The position numbers were made by a program, and so were the translations under genes. Under the pieces are notes generated by a model, which saw nothing but the letters and a program-made list of their open reading frames with translations, was not told the DNA's origin and ran no database searches. A stretch of DNA of 64,000 nt from Flavobacteriales bacterium. Lineage in GTDB: Bacteria; Bacteroidota; Bacteroidia; Palsa-965. Below, in pieces: positions 12,501 to 20,815 of the stretch. How positions within the stretch are numbered: position 1 is the stretch's first letter; each line of letters opens with the position of its first letter. The stretch is taken from the NCBI GenBank assembly GCA_040377305.1, contig JBEIPA010000017.1, forward strand, positions 49,561-113,560, read 5' to 3'.

Positions 12501-15500
12501 GCAACAACTGCTACCGGTCTTAACGCAACGACCTACACGGTAACAGTTACGGATGCGAACGGTTGTACAACAACTGCAATGACCACCGTAACTGAACCAA
12601 CTGCTGTTACTGCAACTGCAGTCATGACTCCGGTTCTCTGTAATGGTGGGAACACAGGTACTGCAACTGCAACTCCAGGTGGTGGCGTCGGACCATATAC
12701 GTATTCATGGTCACCATCCGGTCAAACAACAGCAACCGCAACGAACCTCACCGCACAATCTTATACCGTAACTGTAACTGATGCTAACGGATGTACTGTT
12801 ACAGCATCGGTAACTGTAACTGAACCGCCTGCACTTGCTGCAACCACTTCGTTCACGCAAGCTACGTGCGGTGCAACGAACGGTTCTGCTTCTGTTAACG
12901 TAACAGGCGGTGTCGGTCCTTACACCTATTCATGGTCACCATCCGGTGGAACCGGATCAACTGCAACAGGACTTGGTGCTAACGTTTACACAGTGACATT
13001 TACTGATGCGAATGGTTGCACAGGAACCGCAACAGTAAACGTTCCGAACGCTGCTGCACCTTCTATCACTATAACAGGTACAACTGCGGTAACATGCTTC
13101 GGCGGAAACGATGGCACTGCAAGTACTTCTGCATCGGGAGGAACAGCTCCATACACATACTCTTGGGCGCTCACCGGTGGTACTGGTGCAACCGGAATAG
13201 GAATGATCGCAGGTAACTACACCGTAACTGTTACTGATGCGAACGGATGTACTGCAACAGCAACTACAACAATCACCGAACCTACTCAGGTAACAGCGAC
13301 GTCATCAACTACGGATGTGATCTGTAACGGCAATGCAACAGGAACTGCAACAGCAGTTGGTGCAGGCGGTATCGCTCCTTACACTTACCTCTGGTCATCA
13401 GGTGGAACGAATGCACTTGAAACCGGATTGCTCGCAGGCTCATACACATGCACAGTTACTGATGCTAACGGTTGTACAACAACTACAATTGCAACTGTAG
13501 TTGAACCAACACAGGTTACTTCGACAATCTCCGGAGTAGACATCCTTTGCAACGGTGGCAATAACGGTTCTGCAACAGTAATTCCGGCTGGTGGTATCGG
13601 ACCATATACCTATTTGTGGACACCAACTGCACAGACAACTGCAACTGCATCAACACTTACAGCAGGTACATATTCATGCGATATTACAGATGCGAACGGT
13701 TGTTCAATCACAGTGACCATCACGCTGACTGAACCAGCTGCACTTACAGCTACAACTTCATTCACCCAGGCTACGTGCGGAGCGGCGAACGGTTCTGCAG
13801 TTGTAACTGTGAATGGTGGTATATCACCTTACACCTACCTATGGTCTTCTGGCGGAACAGCCGCTCTCGAGACGGGACTCGCTGCCAATACTTACACTGT
13901 AACATTCACAGACGCGAACGGATGTTCAGATACTGCACAGGTCACTGTACCTAATGCTGCTTCACCAGTAATTACCGTAACAGGTACTACCCCGGTAACA
14001 TGTTTTGGCGGCAACGACGGAACGGCTTCCACTAACACAACAGGCGGAACTGCTCCTTACACGTATGCATGGGCGCTTACTGGTGGTACTGGTGCAACCG
14101 GAACAGGAATGGTCGCTGGTAACTACACAGTGACTGTTACTGATGCAAACGGATGTACTTCCACCGCTACTACAACAATCACGGAACCAACTTTGGTGAC
14201 AGCGACTTCAACCACAACAGATGTAATCTGTAATGGTAATGCAACCGGAACTGCAACTGCAGTTGGCGCGGGTGGTATTGCTCCTTACACTTACCTCTGG
14301 TCATCAGGTGGAACGAATGCACTTGAAACCGGATTGCTCGCAGGTTCTTACACGTGCACGGTTACAGATGCGAACGGTTGTACAACAACTACAATTGCAA
14401 CTGTAGTTGAACCAACACAGGTTACTTCAACAATCTCCGGAGTAGACATCTTGTGTAACGGTGGCAACAACGGTTCTGCAACAGTAGTTCCTGCTGGTGG
14501 TATCGGTCCATATACATACTTGTGGACACCAACTGCACAGACAACTGCAACTGCAACAACTCTGCTTGCTGGTACATACTCATGCGATATTACAGATGCG
14601 AACGGATGTTCAATCACAGTAACCATCACATTGACTGAACCTGCTGCACTTACTGCAACAACTTCGTTCACGCAGGCGACCTGCAGTCAGGCGAATGGTT
14701 CTGCTGATGTAACCGTATCAGGTGGTATCGGACCATATACTTATTCATGGTCATCCGGAGGAACTGCCGCACTCGAAACCGGTCTCGCTGCGAATACGTA
14801 CACCGTAACATTCACAGACGCGAACGGATGCTCAGATACAGCCCAGGTAACAGTTCCTAACGCTGCTTCTCCTGCAATCGTTGTTTCAGGTACAACAGCC
14901 GTAACCTGCTTCGGTGGTGCCGACGGAACTGCAACAACGGTTACAACAGGCGGTACTGCTCCATACACGTATGCATGGGCACTCACTGGCGGAACAGGTT
15001 CAGTTGGTACGGGAATGATCGCAGGTAACTACACAGTAACAGTTACTGATGCAAACGGATGTACTGCAACTGCAACAACAACCATCACAGAGCCAACTTT
15101 AGTAACTGCAACCTCATCTACCACAGATGTAATCTGTAATGGTGATGCAACCGGAACAGCAACAGCAGTTGGTGCTGGTGGTATCGCTCCTTACACTTAC
15201 CTCTGGTCATCAGGCGGAACGAACGCACTGGAAACAGGATTGGCTGCAGGTTCTTACACGTGTACAGTAACTGATGCGAACGGATGTACAACTACAACTT
15301 CTGTAACTGTTGTCGAGCCTACACAGGTTACTTCAACAATCTCCGGAGTTGACATTCTTTGCTTCGGTGGTAACAACGGCTCCGCAACAGTAACTCCTGC
15401 GGGAGGTATAGGACCATACACGTACTTGTGGTCACCATCTGCTCAAACAACTGCAACAGCAACTACGTTGACCGCACAGACTTACTCTTGTGATATCACA

Positions 15501-17960
15501 GATGCAAACGGATGTTCAATCACGTTGACAATCACATTGACAGAGCCACCTGCACTTGCAGCTACAACTTCGTTCACGCAATCAACTTGTTCTCAGGCAA
15601 ACGGTTCTGCTGATGTAACAGTAACGGGTGGTACGGGTCCAGGAACTTACACGTACGTGTGGGCTCCTTCAGGCGGAACTGCTGCACTTGAAACGAACCT
15701 CGCTGCCGGTACTTACACAGTAACATTTACAGATGCTAACGGATGTATCGATACAGCACAAGTAACTGTACCGAACGCTGCTTCTCCTGCAATCGTTGTT
15801 TCAGGTACAACAGCCGTAACATGCTTCGGTGGTGCCGACGGAACTGCAACAACGGTTACAACAGGCGGTACTGCTCCATATACGTATGCTTGGGCACTCA
15901 CTGGCGGAACAGGTTCAGTGGGCACAGGAATGATCGCAGGTAACTACACAGTAACTGTTACTGATGCGAACGGATGTACTGCAACTGCAACTACAATTAT
16001 CACAGAGCCTACGTTGGTAACTGCAACGTCATCTACAACAGATGTAATCTGTAATGCAGGTGCAACAGGAACTGCAACTGCTGTTGGTGCCGGTGGTATC
16101 GGACCTTACACGTATAGCTGGAGTACTGTTCCTGTTCAAACGACAGCAACTGCAACGGCTCTCCTTGCTGGATCTTATACGTGCACAGTAACTGATGCAA
16201 ACGGATGTTCAACTACAACTTCAGTAACAGTTGTTGAACCTACACAGGTTACTTCAACGATCTCCGGAGTTGATATCCTTTGCTTCGGTGGTAACAACGG
16301 TTCTGCAACGGTAACTCCTGCGGGTGGTATCGGACCATACACGTACATGTGGTCACCATCTGCTCAGACAACGCAGACTGCAACTACATTGACAGCGCAG
16401 ACTTACTCATGTGATATCACAGATGCGAACGGATGTTCAATCACAATCACGATTACGTTGACTGAGCCACCAGCACTTTCTGCGGTGACTTCATTCACAC
16501 AGTCGACTTGTGGTGCTTCAAACGGTACAGCTGATGTAGTCGTATCGGGTGGTGCTGGTCCTTACACCTACTTGTGGAATCCTTCAGGAGGAACCAGTTC
16601 AACAGAGCCGAACATTCCTGCAGGTCCTTACACAGTATTGATTACAGATTCTAATATGTGTACACTCACTGCTTCCGTAACGGTTCCAAGTGCACCAGGA
16701 CCAGTTGCAGTGATTGCACCTCCGAGCAATGTACTTTGCTTCGGCGGTAACACAGGCTCAGCATTAGCAAGTGTTTCATCGGGTGGTACTGGTCCATTCA
16801 GTTATGTGTGGAGCAACAACGATCTGGATTCTCTTGCAGGAAACCTCATTGCAGGTAACTACTCGGTAGTAATTACAGATGCGAACGGTTGTACTTCATC
16901 GGCTTCTGTTCTGATTACGGAGCCACCACTACTCACAGTTCAGGCAAATGCTAACCCGAATACGATTTGTGCGGGTACAGTAGTTGCACTTTCTTCGAAC
17001 GCGGGCGGTGGAGTTCCGGCATATACTTTCGATTGGACTCCAGGTCCGTTGAGTGGAGCTAACCAGAACGTGACACCAATGGTTTCAACAACATTCGTAG
17101 TGACTGTTACTGATGCGAACGGATGTACAACAACACAAAACGTACCGGTGACGGTGAATCCGCTTCCGGTAGCTGTTGTGGGTGCAGACGTAACACAAGG
17201 TTGTGCACCAGTTTGTGTGAACTTCGCTGATCTTTCAACGATCGCGTCAGGTACTATCACGAGCTGGGCGTGGGACTTCGGTGATGGCAACACATCGAAC
17301 GTGCAGAATCCACCACTCCACTGCTACGACAGCGCAGGTGTTTACACGGTAACGTTGTTTGTAACCAGCTCTGACGGATGTTCGCAAACGATTGTGATGA
17401 ACAACTACATCACCGTATTTGCAAATCCAGTTGCGGCGTTCGGTGCTGGTCCATTGCCAACTACGATTCTGAATCCTGAAATCTTCTTCACAGATTCATC
17501 GACACTGGCAGCTGAATGGAACTGGAACTTCGGCGACTTCCTGAATTCTGCTTCAACAGATCAGAATCCATCATTCACTTACAACGAAGCCGATTGTTAC
17601 CTGGTAACATTAGAGGTAACATCATCTGATGGATGTGTTGATACTGCGACTCAGGAAATCTGTATCGGACCAGATGTATCAATCTATGTTCCGAATACGT
17701 TCACGCCAAACGGAAACGGATTGAACGATGTGTTCATCCCAATTACAATCGGTATAGATCCGGAACAGTATGAACTTTGGATCTTCGATCGTTGGGGCAA
17801 CATGATTTTCTACACGAACGATCTCGATGAAGGTTGGGATGGACGTGTTCAGGGTATGACAGAAATCGTACAGCAGGACACGTATGTCTGGAAGATTGTT
17901 GCGAAAGATTTGGTGGGTAACCAGCATAATTTGATTGGACATATTAACGTGATCAAATAG
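6576..17960 (+). CDS. Giant (3794 aa) T9SS type B SprB-repeat adhesin, paralog of the upstream gene
   Basis: N-terminal hydrophobic signal ending NLLAQ. Same head domain (FPFCFYGNTY..IGSNGLISF). About 40 SprB-type repeats, 2 PKD domains, CTD IYVPNTFTPNGNGLNDVF...IFDRWG. Confidence 0.92.
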   Translation: MAQPLHARRVKSAHTSRVLIFVVVSFLFFGFQNLLAQATGPVVCPVNAGADVSICAPNCAPLSGTYTQVNAPTNYAVSSIPYAPDPFTTGTNVALFDDQWSAAINIGFPFCFYGNTYTQVLIGSNGLISFNVALAGGYCQWPINAAVPSAADPMNTVMGPWQDLYPPGGGTIRYTIYGTAPCRRFVVSWNQMPMYSCTSTLCTQQITLYETSNVIDNYIQTKPLCTGWNAGTAIQAVHNAAGTAAVAVAGRNYPTQWTTTNDARRWTPSGANMTSIGWYIGAALQSTAQNYTPCPTATTTYNFTATYTNCNGTTVQQTDQVVVTVSSLTVTATQTNLTCFNNCTGSSTVTASGGGPYSYNWSPAPGGGQGTATATGLCAQSYTCVVTGAGGCTGQVVVNITQPPQIALVPTQTNVLCNGVCNGAASVVASGGTGVYTYVWAPAPGGGQGTANATGLCAGTYTVTVSSPAGCTRTQAFTITQPPALASTGSHTNILCNGACTGAASVTPSGGVGPYTYSWAPSGGTASSTTGRCVGTYTVTFTDANGCTGTRVFNITQPTAVTTTGGQTNVTCNGACTGSATVTPSGGVGPYTYVWSPAPGGGQGTAIATGLCANTYTVTVTDANGCTATRIYTITQPPVIALVPTQTNVLCNGQCNGAASVVASGGTGTYTYVWAPAPGAGQGTANATGLCAGNYTVTVSSPAGCTRTQIFNITAPPALTSTGSHTNILCNGACTGAATVTPSGGVGPYTYSWAPSGGTAATTTGRCAGTYTVTFTDANGCTGTRTFNITAPPALTSTGSQTNILCNGACTGAASVTPSGGVGPYTYSWAPSGGTASSTTGRCVGTYTVTFTDANGCTGTRIYNITQPPALTSTTSFTQATCNMSNGLASVTPSGGVGPYTYLWAPSGGTGATTTPRPAGIYTVTFTDANGCTGTATVNIPNAAAPTATITAVVNVTCFGASTGSATVAASGGTGPYTYAWTPSGGTGTTTTPRPAGNYTVTVTDANGCTVQQTVAITQPPAITLTPTQTNVLCNGGLTGSASVVASGGTGTFTYAWAPSGGTGATATGLGAGTYTVTVSSPAGCTATQTYTITAPPALTSTGTQTNILCNAACTGAASVTVTGGVGPYTYLWAPSGGTAAGTTGRCVGTYTVTFTDANGCTGTRSFTITQPTALAATTSFTQATCNMSNGSASVSVSGGVGPYTYLWAPLGGTTATVTGRPAGTYTVTYTDANGCTGTATVTIPNAAAPTATITATVNVTCFGASTGGATVAASGGTGPYTYAWTPSGGTGSSTTGRPAGTYTVTVTDANGCTVQATVTITQPPAITLTPTQTNVLCNGGLTGSASVVASGGTGTYTYAWAPSGGTGATATGLGAGTYTVTVSSPAGCTATQIFNITAPPVLTTTGAQTNVLCNGGTTGSATVTPSGGVGPYTYSWAPTGGTAAIATGLTAQTYTVTVTDANGCTATRTFTITQPPALTSTTSFTQATCNMSNGSASVAVSGGVGPYTYSWAPTGGTGATASGQPSGIYTVTFTDANGCTGTATVNIPNAAAPSATITATTPVVCFGGNTGSATVAASGGTGPYTYAWAPIGGTGTTGTNLTAQTYTVTVTDVNGCTATATTTITQPTAVTATAASSPVLCNGGSTGSATVTPAGGIGPYTYAWAPSGGTAATATGLNATTYTVTVTDANGCTTTAMTTVTQPTAVTATAASSPVLCNGGTTGSATVTPVGGTGPYTFAWAPTGGTAAIATGLNANTYTVTVTDANGCTITAITTVTQPPALSATTSFTQATCGASNGSASVAVTGGVGPYTYAWAPAGGTGATATGLAANTYTVTFTDANGCTGTASVTVPNAASPSATITATTNVSCFGGNNGSATVAASGGTGPYTYAWTPIGGTGTVGTNLTAQIYTVTVTDANGCSTTATATITEPPLLTATATSSPVLCFGGTTGSATVTASGGVAPYTYAWSPTGGTATTATGLNATTYTVTVTDANGCTTTAMTTVTEPTAVTATAVMTPVLCNGGNTGTATATPGGGVGPYTYSWSPSGQTTATATNLTAQSYTVTVTDANGCTVTASVTVTEPPALAATTSFTQATCGATNGSASVNVTGGVGPYTYSWSPSGGTGSTATGLGANVYTVTFTDANGCTGTATVNVPNAAAPSITITGTTAVTCFGGNDGTASTSASGGTAPYTYSWALTGGTGATGIGMIAGNYTVTVTDANGCTATATTTITEPTQVTATSSTTDVICNGNATGTATAVGAGGIAPYTYLWSSGGTNALETGLLAGSYTCTVTDANGCTTTTIATVVEPTQVTSTISGVDILCNGGNNGSATVIPAGGIGPYTYLWTPTAQTTATASTLTAGTYSCDITDANGCSITVTITLTEPAALTATTSFTQATCGAANGSAVVTVNGGISPYTYLWSSGGTAALETGLAANTYTVTFTDANGCSDTAQVTVPNAASPVITVTGTTPVTCFGGNDGTASTNTTGGTAPYTYAWALTGGTGATGTGMVAGNYTVTVTDANGCTSTATTTITEPTLVTATSTTTDVICNGNATGTATAVGAGGIAPYTYLWSSGGTNALETGLLAGSYTCTVTDANGCTTTTIATVVEPTQVTSTISGVDILCNGGNNGSATVVPAGGIGPYTYLWTPTAQTTATATTLLAGTYSCDITDANGCSITVTITLTEPAALTATTSFTQATCSQANGSADVTVSGGIGPYTYSWSSGGTAALETGLAANTYTVTFTDANGCSDTAQVTVPNAASPAIVVSGTTAVTCFGGADGTATTVTTGGTAPYTYAWALTGGTGSVGTGMIAGNYTVTVTDANGCTATATTTITEPTLVTATSSTTDVICNGDATGTATAVGAGGIAPYTYLWSSGGTNALETGLAAGSYTCTVTDANGCTTTTSVTVVEPTQVTSTISGVDILCFGGNNGSATVTPAGGIGPYTYLWSPSAQTTATATTLTAQTYSCDITDANGCSITLTITLTEPPALAATTSFTQSTCSQANGSADVTVTGGTGPGTYTYVWAPSGGTAALETNLAAGTYTVTFTDANGCIDTAQVTVPNAASPAIVVSGTTAVTCFGGADGTATTVTTGGTAPYTYAWALTGGTGSVGTGMIAGNYTVTVTDANGCTATATTIITEPTLVTATSSTTDVICNAGATGTATAVGAGGIGPYTYSWSTVPVQTTATATALLAGSYTCTVTDANGCSTTTSVTVVEPTQVTSTISGVDILCFGGNNGSATVTPAGGIGPYTYMWSPSAQTTQTATTLTAQTYSCDITDANGCSITITITLTEPPALSAVTSFTQSTCGASNGTADVVVSGGAGPYTYLWNPSGGTSSTEPNIPAGPYTVLITDSNMCTLTASVTVPSAPGPVAVIAPPSNVLCFGGNTGSALASVSSGGTGPFSYVWSNNDLDSLAGNLIAGNYSVVITDANGCTSSASVLITEPPLLTVQANANPNTICAGTVVALSSNAGGGVPAYTFDWTPGPLSGANQNVTPMVSTTFVVTVTDANGCTTTQNVPVTVNPLPVAVVGADVTQGCAPVCVNFADLSTIASGTITSWAWDFGDGNTSNVQNPPLHCYDSAGVYTVTLFVTSSDGCSQTIVMNNYITVFANPVAAFGAGPLPTTILNPEIFFTDSSTLAAEWNWNFGDFLNSASTDQNPSFTYNEADCYLVTLEVTSSDGCVDTATQEICIGPDVSIYVPNTFTPNGNGLNDVFIPITIGIDPEQYELWIFDRWGNMIFYTNDLDEGWDGRVQGMTEIVQQDTYVWKIVAKDLVGNQHNLIGHINVIK
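9204..16520 (+). repeat. Higher-order tandem repeat (~906-921 bp, four SprB domains per unit) inside the giant adhesin
   Basis: FTQ(A/S)TC-coding units start at 9204, 10116, 11028, 11940, 12852, 13761, 14667, 15573 and 16494. Confidence 0.88.
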
Positions 17961-18003
17961 ACGACAGGCTTCAGTCGGGAGACTGGAGTAAATGATAAAT
18001 GTA

Positions 18004-18032
18004 AAAGGGCGATTCATTGTGAATCGCCCTTT
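18004..18032. terminator. Probable bidirectional intrinsic terminator
   Basis: Perfect stem AAAGGGCGATTCA/TGAATCGCCCTTT with a TTG loop, between convergent genes. Confidence 0.85.
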
Positions 18033-18094
18033 CTCTTTCTAACGTACTGAATTCGCGTACTCCCGTCTCCCGCCTGTAGTATGTCATCCAACAA

Positions 18095-18796
18095 CTATGC
18101 GCCTGTCAACAGCACATGCTTTATTTCCCCATTCCCATATTGCTTCACATCTTTCACGTTGGCATCTCCTGAATAGTGAATGAATCCGCTTCCGTAATGT
18201 GACATACTGATGTTCTCGTTCGCGTGAAGCAAAATATTTCCAACGGCCATGTTGCTGATCGTGACATCTCCTGCCTGCACTTGTGATGCATCAAAGTTTC
18301 CTGTGCTCTGATTTTTGATCTCCAGTTTCTCACAACTGCCTTTGAGTGTGATATTGCCGACGGCTTGCGCGAATATCTTCAAAGAGGGACAAACAATATT
18401 CAGTTCAGAGTCTGCCACGCTTTGAATTTTTACATCGAGCGGCTCCTTCAAAACGAGTTGTTTCGGGCAAAATGTTCTGCCGTCGTGATTTCGCAGAATA
18501 ATTTTGTTGAGCTGACGAAAAAACACTTTGACAGTGCAGGATGTGAACACCGGCTTTCGCAGATTGCCTTCATTTGAAACGTAAAGTGTTCTACCGGCAT
18601 TGGTGGCTGCGAAATATTCCATCAGGTTTTCGTCCGCTTCCATCGTTACTTTTTCTTCATCGCTTTGATGCAATTCGATTGTTCCCGTACAGCCGAGATG
18701 CAATCGTATATAAGTGCTCACACTTATTTCACGGGAAACAATGTTTCCATTTCCTTGTACTTCTACCATTTTCCTAAGATTTTTAAAACTGACCAT
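18095..18796 (-). CDS. GIN domain (DUF2807) beta-solenoid protein, no obvious signal peptide
   Basis: VQGNGNIVSREI, MEADENLMEY, G.ITLKG, YGSGFIHYSGDA are typical DUF2807 repeats. Confidence 0.85.
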   Translation of the reverse strand: MVSFKNLRKMVEVQGNGNIVSREISVSTYIRLHLGCTGTIELHQSDEEKVTMEADENLMEYFAATNAGRTLYVSNEGNLRKPVFTSCTVKVFFRQLNKIILRNHDGRTFCPKQLVLKEPLDVKIQSVADSELNIVCPSLKIFAQAVGNITLKGSCEKLEIKNQSTGNFDASQVQAGDVTISNMAVGNILLHANENISMSHYGSGFIHYSGDANVKDVKQYGNGEIKHVLLTGA

Positions 18797-18806
18797 GTGC
18801 TTTGTC

Positions 18807-19025
18807 TTAATCGTTAAACACTTCGCAAGAAAATCCTTGTTGCTTCACAAGTTCAATGATCTGCTGAGTAGGTACGGGCGCCCACGCTCCTACTACGCGC
18901 AACATTTTGTCGTTATCGTCCAGTTCCAGCGTTGCAACGACACCCGGAATCTGTTCCCGGATAGCCATAAGTACCTGTTTTTTAGCTCCTTTGTGCTGAA
19001 TGTTGGTTCTGAACAATTCGATCAT
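18807..19025 (-). CDS. Small conserved Bacteroidota protein, HMA/ferredoxin-like fold suspected
   Basis: MIELFRTNI...LELDDNDKMLRV...GFSCE pattern. Start moved to the Met at 19025, downstream of the -7 box. Confidence 0.65.
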   Translation of the reverse strand: MIELFRTNIQHKGAKKQVLMAIREQIPGVVATLELDDNDKMLRVVGAWAPVPTQQIIELVKQQGFSCEVFND

Positions 19026-19052
19026 GCGTATGAGTGTTTGAATTTGTTGAAG

Positions 19053-19110
19053 CAAAAGTAGACGAGAACAAATCCCGCCATATTATATTATAAGTAGCAT
19101 ATATTATATT
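19053..19110 (-). promoter_or_regulatory. Bacteroidota -7 box (TACTTTTG) with an upstream direct repeat at 21-bp period, candidate AraC-type operator
   Basis: caaaagta at 19053-19060. ATATTATATT at 19080-19089 and 19101-19110. Confidence 0.55.
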
Positions 19111-19119
19111 TACAGTATT

Positions 19120-19872
19120 ATGGGAATTCGGATTATTCGACAAAATTCACAGGAGATGCTGGTGCAACCCTTCGCGCGCAGCGGAAAACGCACGCGTACC
19201 CTGCAGTTGTGGTTCGATGTGCAGAAGCATAACCTCAATCTGGTTTGCGCGAACAAAAAACTGAAGCAAAATTTTGTCGTTGAGTTTTCACTGAGTTCGT
19301 TTGAATTGATTGCATCAACAGGAATTGACGCGCTAAAGTCATTCGCGCATAAATTAAAGAGCGCGGGAACTCATTCCTTTTCGAAGCAAGCGTTACCGAT
19401 GGATGCGGCCATGCATCAGTGCATCTATAGAATCACCCACTATAGCGGAGAAGAAAGTGTGAAGAACATGTATCTCTACGGACAAGTTGTTGAATTGCTT
19501 GTTCTCATGCAGATGTGTTACATCAGACACACAACAACACAACCTGTTCACATCCGAAATGAATATGATAAGGAACGAATTCTCTATGCGCGTGATTATT
19601 TGCTCACTCATATGGATGCACCACCCGGATTGCCACAGCTCGCCGCGATTGTTGGCATCAACGAGTTCAAACTGAAATGCGGATTCAAAGAAATGTTCGG
19701 TCAGCCCCCGTTCACATACTTAGCCGATGTGCGGTTGGAAATGGGGAGAACTGCTTTGCAGAAAAAAGAAAAGACGATTACGCAAATTGCATTCGAGCTG
19801 GGATATGCCTCGCTGCAACATTTTAGTATGGCGTTCAAGAAGAAGTTCGGAATGTCGCCGGGGAAAGTCTGA
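19120..19872 (+). CDS. AraC family transcriptional regulator
   Basis: LAAIVGINEFKLKCGFKEMFG and ITQIAFELGYASLQHFSMAFKKKFGMSP form the double HTH. Confidence 0.92.
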   Translation: MGIRIIRQNSQEMLVQPFARSGKRTRTLQLWFDVQKHNLNLVCANKKLKQNFVVEFSLSSFELIASTGIDALKSFAHKLKSAGTHSFSKQALPMDAAMHQCIYRITHYSGEESVKNMYLYGQVVELLVLMQMCYIRHTTTQPVHIRNEYDKERILYARDYLLTHMDAPPGLPQLAAIVGINEFKLKCGFKEMFGQPPFTYLADVRLEMGRTALQKKEKTITQIAFELGYASLQHFSMAFKKKFGMSPGKV

Positions 19873-19998
19873 AATTTCACGGCTTATTTTCAACACAGAA
19901 AAAAACTGATGCAACGGATTAACACGGATTTAGTGGTAGTGACAAAAACAAAACGTGCCATACTTTTTAGCACATTATCCCATTAGCACACTAGCACA

Positions 19999-20406
19999 TT
20001 AAATCCGATTGACATTCATCACCGTCGCTTCTCCGTTGATGACAACATCGCCGGTTGCTTTGTCAACGATTACGGTCTCCACATTCGCGCGATGTTTCTC
20101 TTTGTTTACTTCTTTCACCGTCATACGAACTTCGTAAGCAACGTTCACAAACATCGGGCGCATGAAGGCCATGGACTGTTTCATGTAAATCGTTCCTTCA
20201 CCTGGAAAAAGTGTTCCGAAAACTTTTGAAAAAACCGATCCTCCGAGAAATCCGTGCATGATTGGTTTCTTGAACATGGTGTTCGCAGCATAAGCTTCAT
20301 CAAGGTGAACAGGATTTTTGTCGCCTGTTACGTTTGCGAATTGCACTACTTCGTCTTGCGTGAAAGAAAATTCGTGCGTGTAGGTTGTTCCGGCTTCGAT
20401 AGTCAT
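19999..20406 (-). CDS. phaJ: MaoC-family (R)-specific enoyl-CoA hydratase, PhaJ-like
   Basis: Hydratase motif FANVTGDKNPVHLDEAYA, PIMHG, FPGEGTIY. Start moved to the Met at 20406. Divergent from phaEC. Confidence 0.85.
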   Translation of the reverse strand: MTIEAGTTYTHEFSFTQDEVVQFANVTGDKNPVHLDEAYAANTMFKKPIMHGFLGGSVFSKVFGTLFPGEGTIYMKQSMAFMRPMFVNVAYEVRMTVKEVNKEKHRANVETVIVDKATGDVVINGEATVMNVNRI

Positions 20407-20482
20407 GATCTTCTTTTTTCTCGGTGTGAACGCGAACTTACAATAAAAAGTGAGACGTGCTTTTTCGTTACGCCTTCGGCGT

Positions 20483-20589
20483 TTTGCCACAGATTCGCAG
20501 ATTACGCTGATCTCGCAGATTAAAATATTCGCGGATAACGTTAAGAAATGAATTTGCGCAATCTGAGAAATCTGCGAATCTGCGGCAAA
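20483..20589. repeat. REP-like palindrome built of GCAGATT units
   Basis: tttgccacagattcgcagatt (20483-20503) pairs with aatctgcgaatctgcggcaaa (20569-20589) at 20 of 21 positions. Confidence 0.8.
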
Positions 20590-20722
20590 GCGCGTTTACG
20601 CGCAAGGGAAAGAAACATGAGGATTTGATAACAACAAGGACACTTGAAATTCAGCCGAGATGCCGATTTTTGCCACGAATAAGGGTTATCGGTCGACGAA
20701 TAAGATTTTTTTACCTGTTTAA

Positions 20723-20753
20723 TTGACTTGAGCCTCCTTTTCACGTACCTTTG
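20723..20753 (+). promoter_or_regulatory. Bacteroidota housekeeping promoter for phaEC
   Basis: TTG at 20723-20725, a 20-nt spacer, then TACCTTTG at 20746-20753 (TAnnTTTG consensus). Confidence 0.7.
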
Positions 20754-20815
20754 CACCCGTTAAACCCAAGAACAAACCATTTAACTGAAAATCAACAAGT
20801 TACAAGCAAATAATC

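Noticed and set aside
1150-17960. Many short ORFs on both strands, and a possible CRISPR-like periodicity
   Set aside because: They are shadow frames of Thr/Gly-rich coding repeats. The repeats are in-frame ~230 bp domains with synonymous variation, not repeat-spacer arrays, and no cas genes are present.
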